Positions 13,130 through 26,489 of a stretch of 64,000 bases of DNA are shown one piece after another (position 1 is the stretch's first letter; each line of letters opens with the position of its first letter). Below the pieces are notes generated by a model. It did not search any database, had not been told where the DNA came from, and worked only from the letters and a program-made list of their open reading frames with translations. The stretch comes from Marsupella aquatica (Eukaryota; Plantae; Marchantiophyta): positions 13,124,549 through 13,188,548 of the forward strand of contig OZ316896.1 in assembly GCA_973895155.1 (NCBI GenBank), written 5' to 3'. The position numbers and the translations under genes are program-made.

Positions 13130-14264
13130 CAAAGGTTGAGGACCGAATCAGAACACGAGATGGCAGGGCTATTCGGATCGTCAAAGTGATGCAGGTCCTC
13201 GTCAGTGGACCTTGCACGAGAACGCGTACGACTCAATTCTCGAAGAAGCTGACTCCTTGAAAGTGGTACCCACAGTACTATTAGACTTGAACTAATAATG
13301 GCAAGCTTGGTTTTATCGGGAGAGAGCTTATGGTTGTGCTTCTTTGAATTCAATACATGGCAAAATTGCTTGAAACGAGCATAGTAGCGGAGGAAGAGAG
13401 GAGATATTGAATTGTCGATCACGAAGAAGGTGTTCACCACATTAAAATCTCGTCACTCAGAGAGTAGGCGGAAGAGACATCGGAGGGGGCGGAGTGAGAC
13501 GGAGGAATGGCCTAGAGAGGAAGAGTCAAATTGTGTCAGACTGTTCTGTGATTGCGAATTATCTGAGGCTCGGACAGGGGATCATGTTCTCGATCGACCT
13601 TCAAGGGGAGCAAGCCGCATCTGAGAAAATGTGGCTTCACCCTGGTGTGGATGAGGTGGTCAGACAAGAGTATGCTGCAGGTCAAGAGCTTTTCCGAGCT
13701 TATTTGATGCAATGCAAAGTCACATCAAGGCAACAATGTGTTCAATCAGATACAGAAAAAGTGGTGGAGCTAGTTGTGAGAAGTTATTCTCCAGGGGCTA
13801 CACAGTACAAAGGCCGAGCTACGACTCCGGCAAATACGTGCACTTGCAAAGGCTGCAAGACTCTGATGAGCGAGAGAATCACCAAAATCTTGGGGAAAAA
13901 CGAACATGAATGTTGACCTTGCAGGTCTCAGAGATTCTGAAGAACCAGGAGCATACTCTCCAGGACGATGTTGCAATATATGGAGGCAGACGACAAACCG
14001 GAAATCAATCCTTCTCCCCAGCCGGAACATGCCCACGATTAAGAGTTCGTTAACTGGTTGATCCTGAGACTGATACAGCCGGGGACACAGCAGATCTTGA
14101 GCGGAGGAGGGCTGAGGTACTGCAAGAGCAAACGCAGATTATATATATGCTGCTGCTTCTGGCATGAGAACCGAGAGCTGACAGAGCAGGAGCGAGCCTT
14201 CGTGTCGTTAGCCATGGGAGGCATGGAGAGGGGAACACTGTGCTCGGGATTGGGTCAGAAGTAG
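13130..14264 (+). pseudogene. Decayed coding region, possibly the C-terminal part of a Roc-COR/TORNADO1-like protein
   Basis: Overlapping coding-like ORF pieces broken by stops and frameshifts; VRLFCDCELSEARTGDHVLD and NWL...GGLRYCKSKRRLYICCCFWH resemble, in order, the LxLHxxCE...H and GGLRxxxxxxxxYLWxCxxH motifs downstream of COR domains. Confidence 0.35.
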
Positions 14265-17200
14265 GCCATCACAGGTTATTGGTGGCACGACAAGTACCGC
14301 CCAAGAAAACCCAAGACAGTACTTCAATAGAGTCCACACCGATTAGGATTGGAAAAAATACAATCAAAAGCGCTCTCGAACGCGCTACAATTATGACAAT
14401 CCTTCCCCATTGCAATCCCTATACGAGGCTACAAGCTCAACATCTTTTATCCTTTTGAATACCTACCGCTCACATAGAAAGGGATGAAGAACTGGTGAGA
14501 CTTGCCTGATCAGGTTCCTTACAGGACCTCCATATGCGTATAATTATTGCATCCAGGATTGTGAAGGAAGAGTGGGAATGGTCACACAATTAGCAAGGTT
14601 TCAAGTGCACGTCCCGGTGCACATTTGAAAGTGGCATTTTACATGTGTATCTCAACTTCAATCGATATCGGTAGAGGGAGTGACGCACCATTGGTGCATT
14701 GGAACTTCAACCCAATAATTACTTCATGTGACGTGATATATAGAATGATATGAGACCTTTCAATTCTAAAGCTGAACAAATTAAATGCAGGTAGAGGGCC
14801 CGGTAGAGGGGTGGATGCACCATTGCTGCAAGGGAACGGCAACCCAGTAATTCATTTGTATATAAATATGAGCCTGTTCAGCACCCAAGCGGTAACAACA
14901 GAAATAGGTCGAGGGGTAGTGCTGCATGGGAACTGAACTTCAACCTATGGATCCATGTGTTCATATAAGTATGGCCAGTGACAGACACCCAATTGAGGGT
15001 TTTCTAAAATTTTGCTCGAGTGAAAGACAGGCCTCGATAGAGACTATGGAACACCTTTCATTAATTTAATTTAATTGAAGGGTTTCCCTGCCCAAGCTCA
15101 TTTGGCACTCATCGGCCAGTTTGCTAGCCAGGGCAGAGTCGGGGGAAGAGTTTCCTACAAAAGGGATGGCCTTCTGGAGTTATAAAATTTGATCTGATCA
15201 TTCATCGTACAATCTCAGTTATTTCCAAACCAAACTGTCCAAACCAAACTAAACTAAACTGAAAACACATTGGAAAAAGTAATGCATATTAATTTCTGTA
15301 CGTCTTGGCTGTAATTGAGCTCGCTTAAGTCATTCTAACATCAAAAGGTTCCCCTGCCGCTAATTTATTATGACACTACCGATTAAAAAACAACAAGCGC
15401 TAAACCTGGACGCAGGACCCGAGGCAGGAGACCTCTGGGGCTTCACTTCTAAACAAGCTCATATCACCTGCGACGGTTGACAAGGCCTTCTAATTCAATG
15501 TTGATAAAGGATTACAACGAGCTCAGCAAAAAGAATCCTTGCCATATCGACACAATATCCATACTCATTTTTAAGTTGAATAAGGTATTTAGAAAAAGTC
15601 CAAAGTAACCATCTCACTTTGTGGCCGGGGGTGCACTGGGGAGCATTTAAATAGTGAGACCCCGAATGAGACCCCTAGTAGGAGACCTGGGCAAGTGAAA
15701 TAAAGGGAAGAACGAGGGTAACATCAGATAATCAAAAGATCCAAGGAAACAAAAGTACTATGGCAATTAATATGACATACTACGGAGAATTTCCACGTCT
15801 ACAGTAGAACAAAACCTTTTGTAGTCTCATTTTCTGTATTGACTTTTGTATGTCCGTTTATCACCATTGACCATAACTCAAAACCAGACTGTAGTTTCTC
15901 TTTGTCTGGATTTACATTTTCTGTACCGACGGCCAAAAGGCATTGATGTAGGAATGGACTTTTGAAGGTACGATGTGTAACTATTGTAGACCTTCTTACT
16001 CTAATTTTGATCTTCTTTAAATATACATGTAGTTACAACAATGACCTTTGCCATGCCCATTCGACACGTTGGCCGGACCTGTGACATTACTTCAAATTTT
16101 TAGACAATTTTGACTGAAATTCCGTCTGTTTTTTTACAAACGTGGTAGACTTCGTTCAAATCCCAATATATAATTGTACTGTATAGAGGAACTCGGGGCT
16201 GGTCAAACCCCGGGTCAAACTTTCTTAGTGAACCGTCCACGCCTTTGTGTAGCTCGTGGAATGAGGCTATTTGCCCATTGAGAACAAGAAAAGTTAAAGT
16301 TTTCAATAAGCTCTTGGTACATGGGCGAGTGCATGGGCCAGTCATCTGCACGTCTCCCTAAAGTTGAAGGTGAATAACGTGTTATTTCGGGTCACTATAA
16401 ACTAGGTGAGAGTGAAGGTGAAAGTCAGAAATGCTGCTTTGCAAGGTCGCGATCACTAGGTCTATGTCGCCATGACTTCTGATACTACTCGAAATAACTG
16501 ATAGATTAACTAAGGTGCTGTTAGCATCAGATCCTGTTTCCCACTGGCGCAAGATACATCTACTCACCCACATTTTTCTCATATTTTAGTGTTCTGGGAC
16601 TAGTCTTTGTGGTAAGTCACATTGCAGACTTAAACCAATTTTCATCCCCCCCCCACCCCCGTCATCCCCAATCTTACCCACAGACTCTCCCACAAACCCT
16701 TGAGACTTGTACAAAACCTTTCGAAGGTGATCTTTTTGCGTGGAGTCGAGCTAAAGGACCATGCTTTCTCGGTCATGCGCCAGACGGACAATTCACACCT
16801 GCCATTTGCCTCCAAAAGTCCAAAGGTTCATACGACATATGACCTTTCCGTATATAGTGGTCCTGTTCAATATGATACCGGGTCTCGAAGAACGACCTCG
16901 TCCCCGAGTCCTTCGAACCTTTCCACAGTTAGGTGATTATTGAATTGTTATAAATCACGTCAATTCGTATTCGATGCTCTTTGGATCATATCTTGAAGAG
17001 ATGGAATCTCAACCAGCACTCATAGAACATACAACGGGAGGACCGAAATTCCCGGAAAGCAGACAATCATCAACAGTAAAGGAAAACGAAAAGTAACGAA
17101 AGGCTTCTAAAACGCCATTTCTCTCCTGCTGGAACTCTAACTGCTCTCATTAGTCCGCTCAATTCCACATCCTCAGTCACTGTGCACACGGGAACTACCA

Positions 17201-17777
17201 GACACAGATAACGTACGCAGCAGCAACGAAGATGCCCACTTCTGCAGTGGGAGCACTGATTCTTCTTCGACAACGTCATGCCTCTAATAACACGCCTTCC
17301 TTAACTGCGGGCCTAACTGGCGTCGGGAAGAAATTAAGTGTTCACGGCACAGGCAAATGCTAACTCAAATCATGCGACGACAAATTTAAATGCAACAATA
17401 CTGTCGATCAGTACAGCAAGCAGAAAAGATGAATTAAAGGTGTAACAATGCTTGACCAACAACAGGGTTGGATCATCATCGCTTTCCCGCTCTAATTCCC
17501 ATTCTCACGACTTTCAAGTTCTAGAAGAATCTTCCCTTTTGAACCAAAAACTACCGGACAGAGGTACGTACACGGCATTTCATTCAGTAGTGCCGTGAAT
17601 TCACTTTTGCTCGTGAGCAACGAAATTGCAGTGCCGTGGTGCAGCAGCACTGCAGCAGCTTTCGCAATCACGAGTTCAATCGAAAGCTGCCCCTGATCGA
17701 AATAGTTGACGCTTCGAATTAATGTCCTCTGCTGGACTAGACTGGACTGTGTGACTCTTGACGATGGCAAACATCAG

Positions 17778-18297
17778 GTATGCGCTTTTGACCTTACGGC
17801 ATCCCCTTTTAAAAGGCCTTTTTGAAAGGGGGTCTCAAACCGCGAAATTTGATGGACCTCACTTAGTACTTAAGGTTATTAGGTTAGGGACAGGAAAAGT
17901 TAAGAACTGCCTAGTTTATAAACACTTACTATTGGTCAAAATTGGTCATATGCCATGATCGTCCCAGACTCTAATAAAATCAATAAATTTACATAAGAGA
18001 GTGAAAAGCTATGGCCAAATTATGACGCTTTTGATTTTCCGACGATTGCAAAATTAAATCTGGTATGCGCTATTGACCTTACGGCATCCAATTTTAAAAG
18101 GGGGTCTCACACAGCAAAATTTGATGGACCTCACTTAGTACTTAAGGTTACTTCTAGGTTAGGGACAGGAAAAGTTAAGGACTGCCAAGTTTATAAACAC
18201 TAACTATAGGTCAAAATTGGTCATATGCCATGATAGTCCTAGACTCCAATAAAATTTATAACTTAATTTACACAAGAGAGTGAAAAGCTATGGCCAG
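17778..18297. repeat. Direct duplication, ~240-bp copies with ~284-bp period
   Basis: GGTATGCGCT...GACCTTACGGCATCC...AGAGAGTGAAAAGCTATGGCCA starting at 17778 and 18062. Confidence 0.9.
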
Positions 18298-18631
18298 ACT
18301 ACTAAGAATTTGATTTCTCTCTTTGTAATTTTGAGGGCATTTGTAGAGAAGAATACAAACTCAAGATTTGAATCAACAAATTATGAAATTGTATTCTACT
18401 TTAGAAAGATTAGTAATAATCAAATCTCATTGGCCTTTAAGTGTATTAAGGTCCTATCACCAGTCTAGAGCATGTGCCATAGTGTCATACAAACAAGCCT
18501 TTAGTATATAGTTATCAATCTCTCTCTCCTTTTCAGGGTATTTATGATCAAGAATGCAATCACTCAAATTTGGAACACTACTGTGGAATTGTTTGCACGT
18601 TTTAGCAGATCATGACATATAATCACTAAAT

Positions 18632-18897
18632 AAACAGGACTTTACTACTGTATATCGAGATATTTCACGAGATCTCGTCAAATATAGTGCAATGACTTGA
18701 AACTTTCATTTCACTCCTGAAATTTGTGATTAACTTGGCCTTGATTCTGAGATTCATTGCCCACCTAAAACAGGACTTTACTAGTGTATATCGAGATATT
18801 TCACGAGATCCAAGTGCAATGACTTGAATCTATCATTTCACTCCTGAACTTTCTGCTTAACTTGGCCTTGATTCTGTGATACATTGCCCACCTAAAA
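18632..18897. repeat. Tandem duplication, ~135 bp x2
   Basis: AAACAGGACTTTACTA.TGTATATCGAGATATTTCACGAGATC...ATTGCCCACCTAAAA twice. Confidence 0.9.
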
Positions 18898-21800
18898 TCT
18901 GGGCGTGGAAACAACAAGGGTCACACTTGTAATACTTAAATTCTATGGAAAACAATGTCATTGTCAATCCTTTTTTCCCACACGGGTTTCCACACTACAG
19001 GAATGCTAACGACCATAAACGAAAGTACCCTACCTTTTGGAGAGGGCTATCAACTTTCTTTAGTCGGTCAGGAGTCCTCTAAAGCATCTGTTGCATCTTG
19101 TCCTACTGTTCTGCTTTCGGGCACTGGTGAGAGTTTCAGAGACTCATGTACTCACGAGATCCGGAGCAATCTGAAATTGAAGTTCTCAAGAAATTGGCCC
19201 CTAAGCTAACTAATGCCAGTGGAAAAATGAACGAGACTTTCATACCTCAACTTTCTCCTGAGCCAGGCTTATCAGCAACATTTCACATAATCCAAGGGCG
19301 ATGGCTGGAAACTTTCACTTCACTCCTTAACTTTTGAATGACTTGGCCAACTGGATGTGGATCTGGATGTGTATCTGGATATGGAAACAACAACTCATTT
19401 CACACTTGGCAGTGTGGTAGATTCTATGGAGAAAGACAATATCATGATGATCCAGTTTTCTAAGAAATGCAATTATATCATTGTGAGCCATTTTGTTCCC
19501 AAGAATGTCAAGGACCACAAATGAGAGTACCCTTCCTTTTAAAGAGGGCTATCAAATCTTTTATGTGCAGCAACATAAAGTACCTGTTGCAGAGGAATTG
19601 TATAATGCCAGCAAACAGGAATTTTGTTACAGTGGTTTTAATGTTTTTGGCTTTTCGCTGTCTTTTATATATTTGTGTTTTTTATGACTCCAAATGGCTA
19701 GCGAGTTTGCTGGCAAAAGAAAAGTGCCAAAAGTGGAGTTCATCAACCAGGCTGATGTTAGCAGTCAATTAAATCTAGAAAAAGTAGGGGTCATGTGAGA
19801 AGAAGAAAAAAATGCTCACTCTAGAATTCTTTTAGTGTTTCTTTGCACGCTACAATGACCCCCTATTGCATCCGTCTTCTTCTTTTTGTGCCTTTTGCAC
19901 CCAGTCGTACTCTTTTCTTTTCGTTCTGCTTTGCAGCACCAGGGAGAGTTTCAGAGCCTCATGTTATCGCGAGATCCGGAGCAATCTTAAAAAAGGCTTC
20001 TGGAAGCCCATGACCCCCGCCAGCCCGATCCACGGAATCGCAGCGGTGGACAGAAACAGCAAGAAAACAAACGTTCGCACCTCCAAAAGCCCCCAACAGT
20101 GTGTATTGTCCTCTTGTCCCCCGCCAAAAGTATTAGAAGCTTCACCCCAGATTCCTCCGTCGTCTCCGTCGACTACAGTCAACGATTGCGAGGTTCCACC
20201 GTTCCAGCGTCTGTCCCTGACGGCCGTCGGGCGGCATCTTTCCATGGAAGCTTCTATAAGGCCATCGGGCCAGTGCCCACGTAAGGGATCTGCGAATGGA
20301 GCTTACGGCCCAAGTAAAGGAGACCTGGTGCGTAAGGCACAGGGACACCTAGGAAACTGTGTAGAGTAGCCTTGAGGGAAGGGGACGGTACGGTTGTTGC
20401 ATTATTTTTTCTTGTGTAGGGCAAAATATTTTCTTCTACAGTGCATTTAATAATTCAGCGTTTTATTAGATTTCCACTACTTGGTGCAGCATCACAACTT
20501 GTTATCTTTATAATTTGACGATTGCAATATAACTCGGGGAATAGTACAACTGTATCTTGCCATCTGTTTAGATTAACTATTAGAATGTTACTATAACTCA
20601 AGTCTATTCTTAAGAGTCTAGATTGAGAGTGAAATCTTTAGACACTAACTCCCAATAGAGTCCCAATAAAGACAAAATTGATAAAGAGATTCAATAGTCA
20701 ATAAGGTCAAAATTTTGAATGATCCAGGATGGACAAAAGTGACATTAACTCTAAACAAAGATAAAAGTGAAATGAGTATTTACAAAAATAAAGATAAATT
20801 AAAGACTAACCAAAATAGCATATAAGATTGTACTGTGCAAGATTTTCCTTCATATCTATTTATATTCAAGAAACGGGTCATGGGGCTAGAGATACTCGTT
20901 TTAGTCATGGGTTAACATTGGCCACATTGAGCCCAGAGAGGTATGACTTTGTGGTAACCCATAGAGGCATGATTCTATGGACAGTAGTTCACTTGAATAG
21001 AGACTCATAGGTCTTGAGTTCAACTATTGAGGCTGACTCTTCCCTTTCTATGGAGTTTCACAAATTTCCAACCAAAAATAAATTAATAAAATACATTGGC
21101 CACATTGATATTCTAGCCATGAGATTGTCACATTGAAAGATTTCATTGTCGTTGGATCAGATTCACACACCTCCATTATTGGTCCTTCATGAGCAGGGTT
21201 TGGCCATTCTCACCTCCCCATTTCCAGAGTGCCTCCCTCTGTCGCCTGGCTCGGAGGGTGATGGGACAGGTCAGATTCTCTGAGGGCATTGGATCTTCTG
21301 TAGGTAAGTAGGGTTGAGTCACTTAACCCCTGATGAAAATAGGGGCATTGTAGTGATTAAGCAAAAAATAATTTTAAAAATTTGCAATTTTTAAAAGGTG
21401 CCAGTCTATTAAAACCCACTTTACAAAATCAGCTTCATAGGGCTCTCTTATATGGTCCTTAGCTGAAGTCCTCTCTTCACTGAGCCAACTTTGAACCATT
21501 TCTGAGTCCATTGTTGAGTTAAACAACTACCTTCAAACGTGTGGAAGATCTAGTCCATGGGACTTTCTTCACCGGTGCTTTTCTTAGTATAGGAATTGAA
21601 TTTGCATAAAATTGACAAAGAGTCCAATGTTGGGTGGAAAGGTCGTTTACTGTTCCTAGCATGAACTTGTTTTGGGCCAGAGAATTGTCTTATACCCAAA
21701 AATGTATATTAATGGCAAGAAAATGGTGTCTGAGTAATTTCAATGCAATACATGACAAATGTTGTGGACTGTGAAAGCTTTCGTTTCGAGTTTGATGCTT

Positions 21801-22839
21801 GGAAGGTTAGAAGCTTCGCAAATGATTGGCTCAGCCACTAAAAAAACAAACAATAATAGCAGTTTCACTACTTAGTCAATAGTCGCTTCGTTGTCCTTGT
21901 ATTCGTCACGTGGCGCCAACAGGGTATACACATGACCCAATGACCTACCTTTCTCATTCGGACAATTCGAGATTATCTGATATGGCTTGGGCGGCCTGAA
22001 TTCATAGCTTATGATACGCCAATATTTGGGACTATTCTAAAAAACGAAAACGTTATTTTGGGAGAAAGTGTACCCTGGTTATTATTAGGCTAATATTTGT
22101 TTTTACTCCCTTTGTGCAAATACGGCAGGGGAGGCATATGACGCAATGACAACCTTTATCCCCTGCCAAGTTGGAGGTTATCTAGAGAAATTTTCTGATT
22201 TATTAGGGCGTCTAAAATTATTGCCTATGAGAGGCTAGGATTTGTAAAACTTCTAGAAATTCTACTGTAGAGTCTGTCTTAGTTAGGGTACGTTTTTTAT
22301 GTGTTCTAATAAATAAATCCATATAAAGTGGGGAAACGAGATTTACGAGAGCCATAGAGTATCAATACGTAATGGGACTGATCGAAGACCGTATATGATC
22401 GGTATATCCGGGTGAATCTGAATATTATCCCGCCACCAAATCTTAATCTTCCCAATCGAACCTTCCATCGAAGGTACAAGTACACCCTACAGGAGGTACA
22501 GCTGTACAGAGCTCAGTCTCCGAGCTGCAGTGGTCTCCTCGAGCAGAAGCTTCGGTACTGTACCCTCACATCCCCGCAAAGGACGCGCTAATCCGGGACG
22601 TAATAAGAGCTGTCCCTGGTATCTACCGTTAGAAATAGTTCGCGAACTTGTGGACGAGGGCACCTTCAGCTGTACGCAATCGGGTCCTGTACCATTGCCA
22701 CTCTCCTGCAGCTGCAGATCATCAGGGTCATGACACAAGGGTCTACCCTAGTGCCATCTGGGTATCTGTATCAAGGGGAACGGGGACAAAGGCAAATGTG
22801 TAGGGTATTGATGGCAGGGGGAGGAGGTTGCAGGATGTA

Positions 22840-23515
22840 ATAGGGAGTGTCAAAACAGGACCCCAAGTGAGATGCTACCAAGGACATAAAATGGTTTAGG
22901 GATGTAATAGTGGGTGTCAATGTCAAAACAGGGCTGCAAGTGAGAGATACAACCAAGGACATAAAATGGTTTTGGGCCAAAACAAAAACCTTATGAGTTA
23001 CCTGTATACATGTTTAGTAAAGATCATACCTCAAAAAATCATAGCTATAAGACCTTGCTTATGGGCAGTGCTTTGACAAACCCTATTCCCTAACAGGGTT
23101 ACAGCCCACAACCTGTAACAATCACACCCTTGATCCAGTGATGATAACAAAGAGATAATGGCCCATATCCTTAAATTGAAAATACAAAGACTACAATAGC
23201 AGGGGGGGGCAATGAAAATGTAAAGTCAGGAAGGTAGTTATGACCCTTGAGGTACGATAATGGAGGTTTAGCCTGAACTCTGATAACTCTGCTCCATAAA
23301 CCCTCAAAAAAACCTCCCAATCACCCTTAGGTCAGATTTTCCTGCTGGTCAGTGGGTTAGGCTAGTAACCCAAACCAGACACCGCCATTGTCCAACACCT
23401 AGAGCAGCAAAAAAGGTCAAAAATACCTCCCCAATCACCCTTAGGTTAGATTATCCTTCTGGTCAGACGGTTAGGCTAGTAACCCAAACCAGACACCGCA
23501 TTGACCTACACCTAA
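22840..23515. repeat. Two local duplications (~70 bp x2 at 22840-22975; ~115 bp x2 at 23305-23515)
   Basis: GTCAAAACAGG...CCAAGGACATAAAATGGTTT twice; CCCAATCACCCTTAGGT.AGATT...GGTTAGGCTAGTAACCCAAACCAGACACCGC twice. Confidence 0.8.
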
Positions 23516-23897
23516 AATTGGTTAATAAGGAAGGTGGGACGGGGCTTGCCAAGGGACTGACGCGAGGGCCCACAACCAAACCGACCCAACTGCCACGATA
23601 GCCCGAGGGACAGGACAGGAACGGAACGGAAACGTAAGGCGTGGACAGGAGAGGAGAGGAAAGGAGAGGAGAGGAAACTCAGGTGGAAAGGAGGTTGGGG
23701 GCGAGGGAAATTAATTGGTGAGGTGGCCCCCCCCCAAAAAAATCATACAAACGCCTAGAAGCGCAAATGGCACTCCTGGAAAGCTCGTAGGAAGGTGGTG
23801 TGAGGACTGAGGAGGACACTGGCACTCTGGCAGCGTAAATGCTCGCGTGGAGAGCTCCGTAGTCATGTCTTTCCCAATCTCACGAAGGCTCCCGTCT

Positions 23898-23910
23898 TAT
23901 ATAACGTGGC
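23898..23910 (+). promoter_or_regulatory. Candidate TATA box with adjacent ABRE/G-box-like ACGTGGC, upstream of the AGC2 kinase leader
   Basis: TATATAACGTGGC about 730 bp upstream of the kinase ATG, after a GA-rich tract; motif match only. Confidence 0.4.
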
Positions 23911-24632
23911 TGGCCGTCCGGTAGTGGTGGATTCGCTCATTTGATCCCGACTCTGAAAGAGCAAACGCCCACCATCAAAACTTACTGTAAACCTTTCACC
24001 GTCCTGAAGGAGAACGGAGGAGAGAGAAATCCCATACGAAACTTATCGTTCGGGAGCTCTCAATTCTCTGCCTGTCTTCTTGAGAAACCGTCACCATTTG
24101 CCAGGCCTCACCCCTGCGAAGGACCTCCTTTTGTGCGTGGAGGACACATCCTTGCGAGAGGAGGAATAGGAAAGGACCGGAAGAAATAATCGATTTTAGA
24201 GAGTAGCGGAGATTGGACTTTCAATTGTAGGGTAGAGAAGCTTACTGTGGGCGAACTGCAAGATTTCGTCGAAGAAGCTTTGTCTGGAGTTCGTTTTCTT
24301 TCACGGATTTTTTTCAGGTTTGACCAATTCTTTTGGATCGGGAGAATTGGCTGTCCTGGTGAACTAATTTCTGAAATTCGTCCACCGGATGTCGAGATTT
24401 TAGCAGAAAGCGAGGTGGGAACGAGTCCAACGGTAGTTGGACACGTTATTGTGTGGGGGTATAGAAGCGGGAAATTGAGTTGCGATCGAGCAGATTGGAA
24501 GTTTCAGGTCTAGGGTGGCAGTGGACTCGGCTTCGAGCCAAGGATTCTCGCATTCAATCGAAATCAACTATTTGCTTGCGCGCAAGAGGGCTTTAAATCT
24601 CCTCTTCGCAGGGGTTCCTTGGAGATTTAACC

Positions 24633-26489
24633 ATGCCGCCGAATGCTGCTGTCAACGATGGCATAGGTGGAGGGCTAGACTCTGTAGACTGTAGCAGCGC
24701 TAGCAGCGCCTTGGAGGGTGAGGCTGCAGTGAAGCTAGTGAAGGGGTCGCAATGTAAGATGGAAGATTTCAGGCCAGTGAAGGCTTTGGGGAGTGGAGAC
24801 ATGGGGAACGTGTATCTAGTATCCCAGCGCAGTGATAAGGCACCGTACGCGATGAAGGTGATAAGGAAGGATGTTCTTCGTGCTCGGAAGAACGAACGTA
24901 GAGCGCAGACGGAGAGGGACATTCTTGCATCAGTCAACCATCCCTTCCTGCCGGTGCTTCATTCTCATTTCGAGGACGAGAAGCACATGTTCTTTGTCAT
25001 GAATTACTGCCACGCTGGTGACCTCAATGTTCTGAGACATAAGCAGCCCGAAAAGCGATTCTCAGAAAACGCTTGCCGGTACGTCTTCTCTCTGCCCCAC
25101 CGTTTAAAAGACTCTACTGCTGTCTCGTGAATTATCATGACAACGTGCATATACATTTGCTTGCATTTTCTTCTTCGTTCAGCAATTCCTTACTTAAACC
25201 CGATTTTGCCACGGAATCGTGCGTCGGAAGTCTCCGATCATCCTAGCTCGTGTTTGAAGTGTCCTGGTTGGATCTAATTCCCTACGGAGGATTTGGAGCA
25301 AGGACTAAATTCCGTCGTGCTTCCATCATGCAGATTTTACGTCGCTGAGGTGCTACTAGCATTGGAGTACCTCCACAAGCGCAACATTGTGTATAGGGAT
25401 TTAAAGCCGGAGAACATTTTGATTCGACCCGATGGTCATGTAATGCTGACGGATTTCGATCTGTCTCTGGACCTGTCAGGGAGGAAATGGACGAAGCCTG
25501 CTGCTCAGTCGAAGCCTCCTTCTTCACCACGAGAGAAGAAGTTGTCGAAGGCCAGTAATATGACGGCCTTGTTTGCCTGCGGAAGTCCTGGGGCGCTTGC
25601 AAAGAAACCCAGTAAGAAATCACCTAGTTCCCGGGTCGCACCGGAGGAGATGTATGCCAGCAGAAAGCGTGGTTCGAGGAATGGGCAAGCAGTCGACGGA
25701 CCGACAAATTCCTTTGTAGGCACAGAAGAGTATGTAGCTCCAGAGATCATCTGGGGAAAGGGCCATGGACTGCCAGTCGATTGGTGGACTTTGGGCATTC
25801 TTCTGTTCGAGCTCTTTTACGGGAAGACACCATTCAAGGGCGCCAATCGGAAGGAGACTTTCTACAGTATTCTCTGCAAGCCTGCTACGTTCCCCGGAAT
25901 CCCCAATTCTCTTACCGACCTAATCACGAAATTGCTGGTAAAAGAACCAGAAAACAGGCTGGGCTCTAAAGGCGGGGCTGAAGAAATCAAGAAGCACCGT
26001 TTCTTCGATGGGTTGAACTGGGATCAGCTGGAGTATATGTCGAGAACTCCCGTGGTTCCCGAGCCCTTTTCGTGGGAGCAGGTAGAGGAGGATTTGGCAG
26101 CCAGAGCTAAAGCTTCCGCGAAGGAAGTGGAAACCAGGTGGTCGTTCTGTGAAACCGTCGAATCCGCGGTTGAGGAGAGGGATGAGAACAGCAACGAAGT
26201 CCCATCGTCAGGACCATTGTCTCTCAAGTCTGACGACTCTTTGTCCCACCAAGATGCTCTTGCTGAGAGCCTCATCACGAAGAACCTCATGACAGTAGAC
26301 ACCACGACGGTTTCTCCACCGCTGGACCACAGCACGGACGAAGATTGCAGCAGCGACGGCGCTTTCAGTTTCCAAACGCAATCAGACGTACGTGAGCAGA
26401 GTAGTTGCATGACTCCAAAGGAAGAAGTGAGATTGGCTGCCGATGACGATGTTCTGATCGAGCAAAAACTGTTCGGGGACTTTTTCTGA
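24633..26489 (+). CDS. AGCVIII-family Ser/Thr protein kinase, AGC2 (OXI1/UNICORN-like) subgroup, 2 exons, ~533 aa
   Basis: Exon 1 24633-25078 (GSGDMG Gly loop, YAMKV, HPFLP), GT-AG intron 25079-25333, exon 2 25334-26489 (YRDLKPEN; DFD instead of DFG; basic insert between subdomains VII and VIII; NSFVGTEEYVAPEII; GHGLPVDWW; YGKTPFKGANRKETFY). C-terminus FGDFF contains an FxxF PDK1-interacting motif. Confidence 0.95.
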
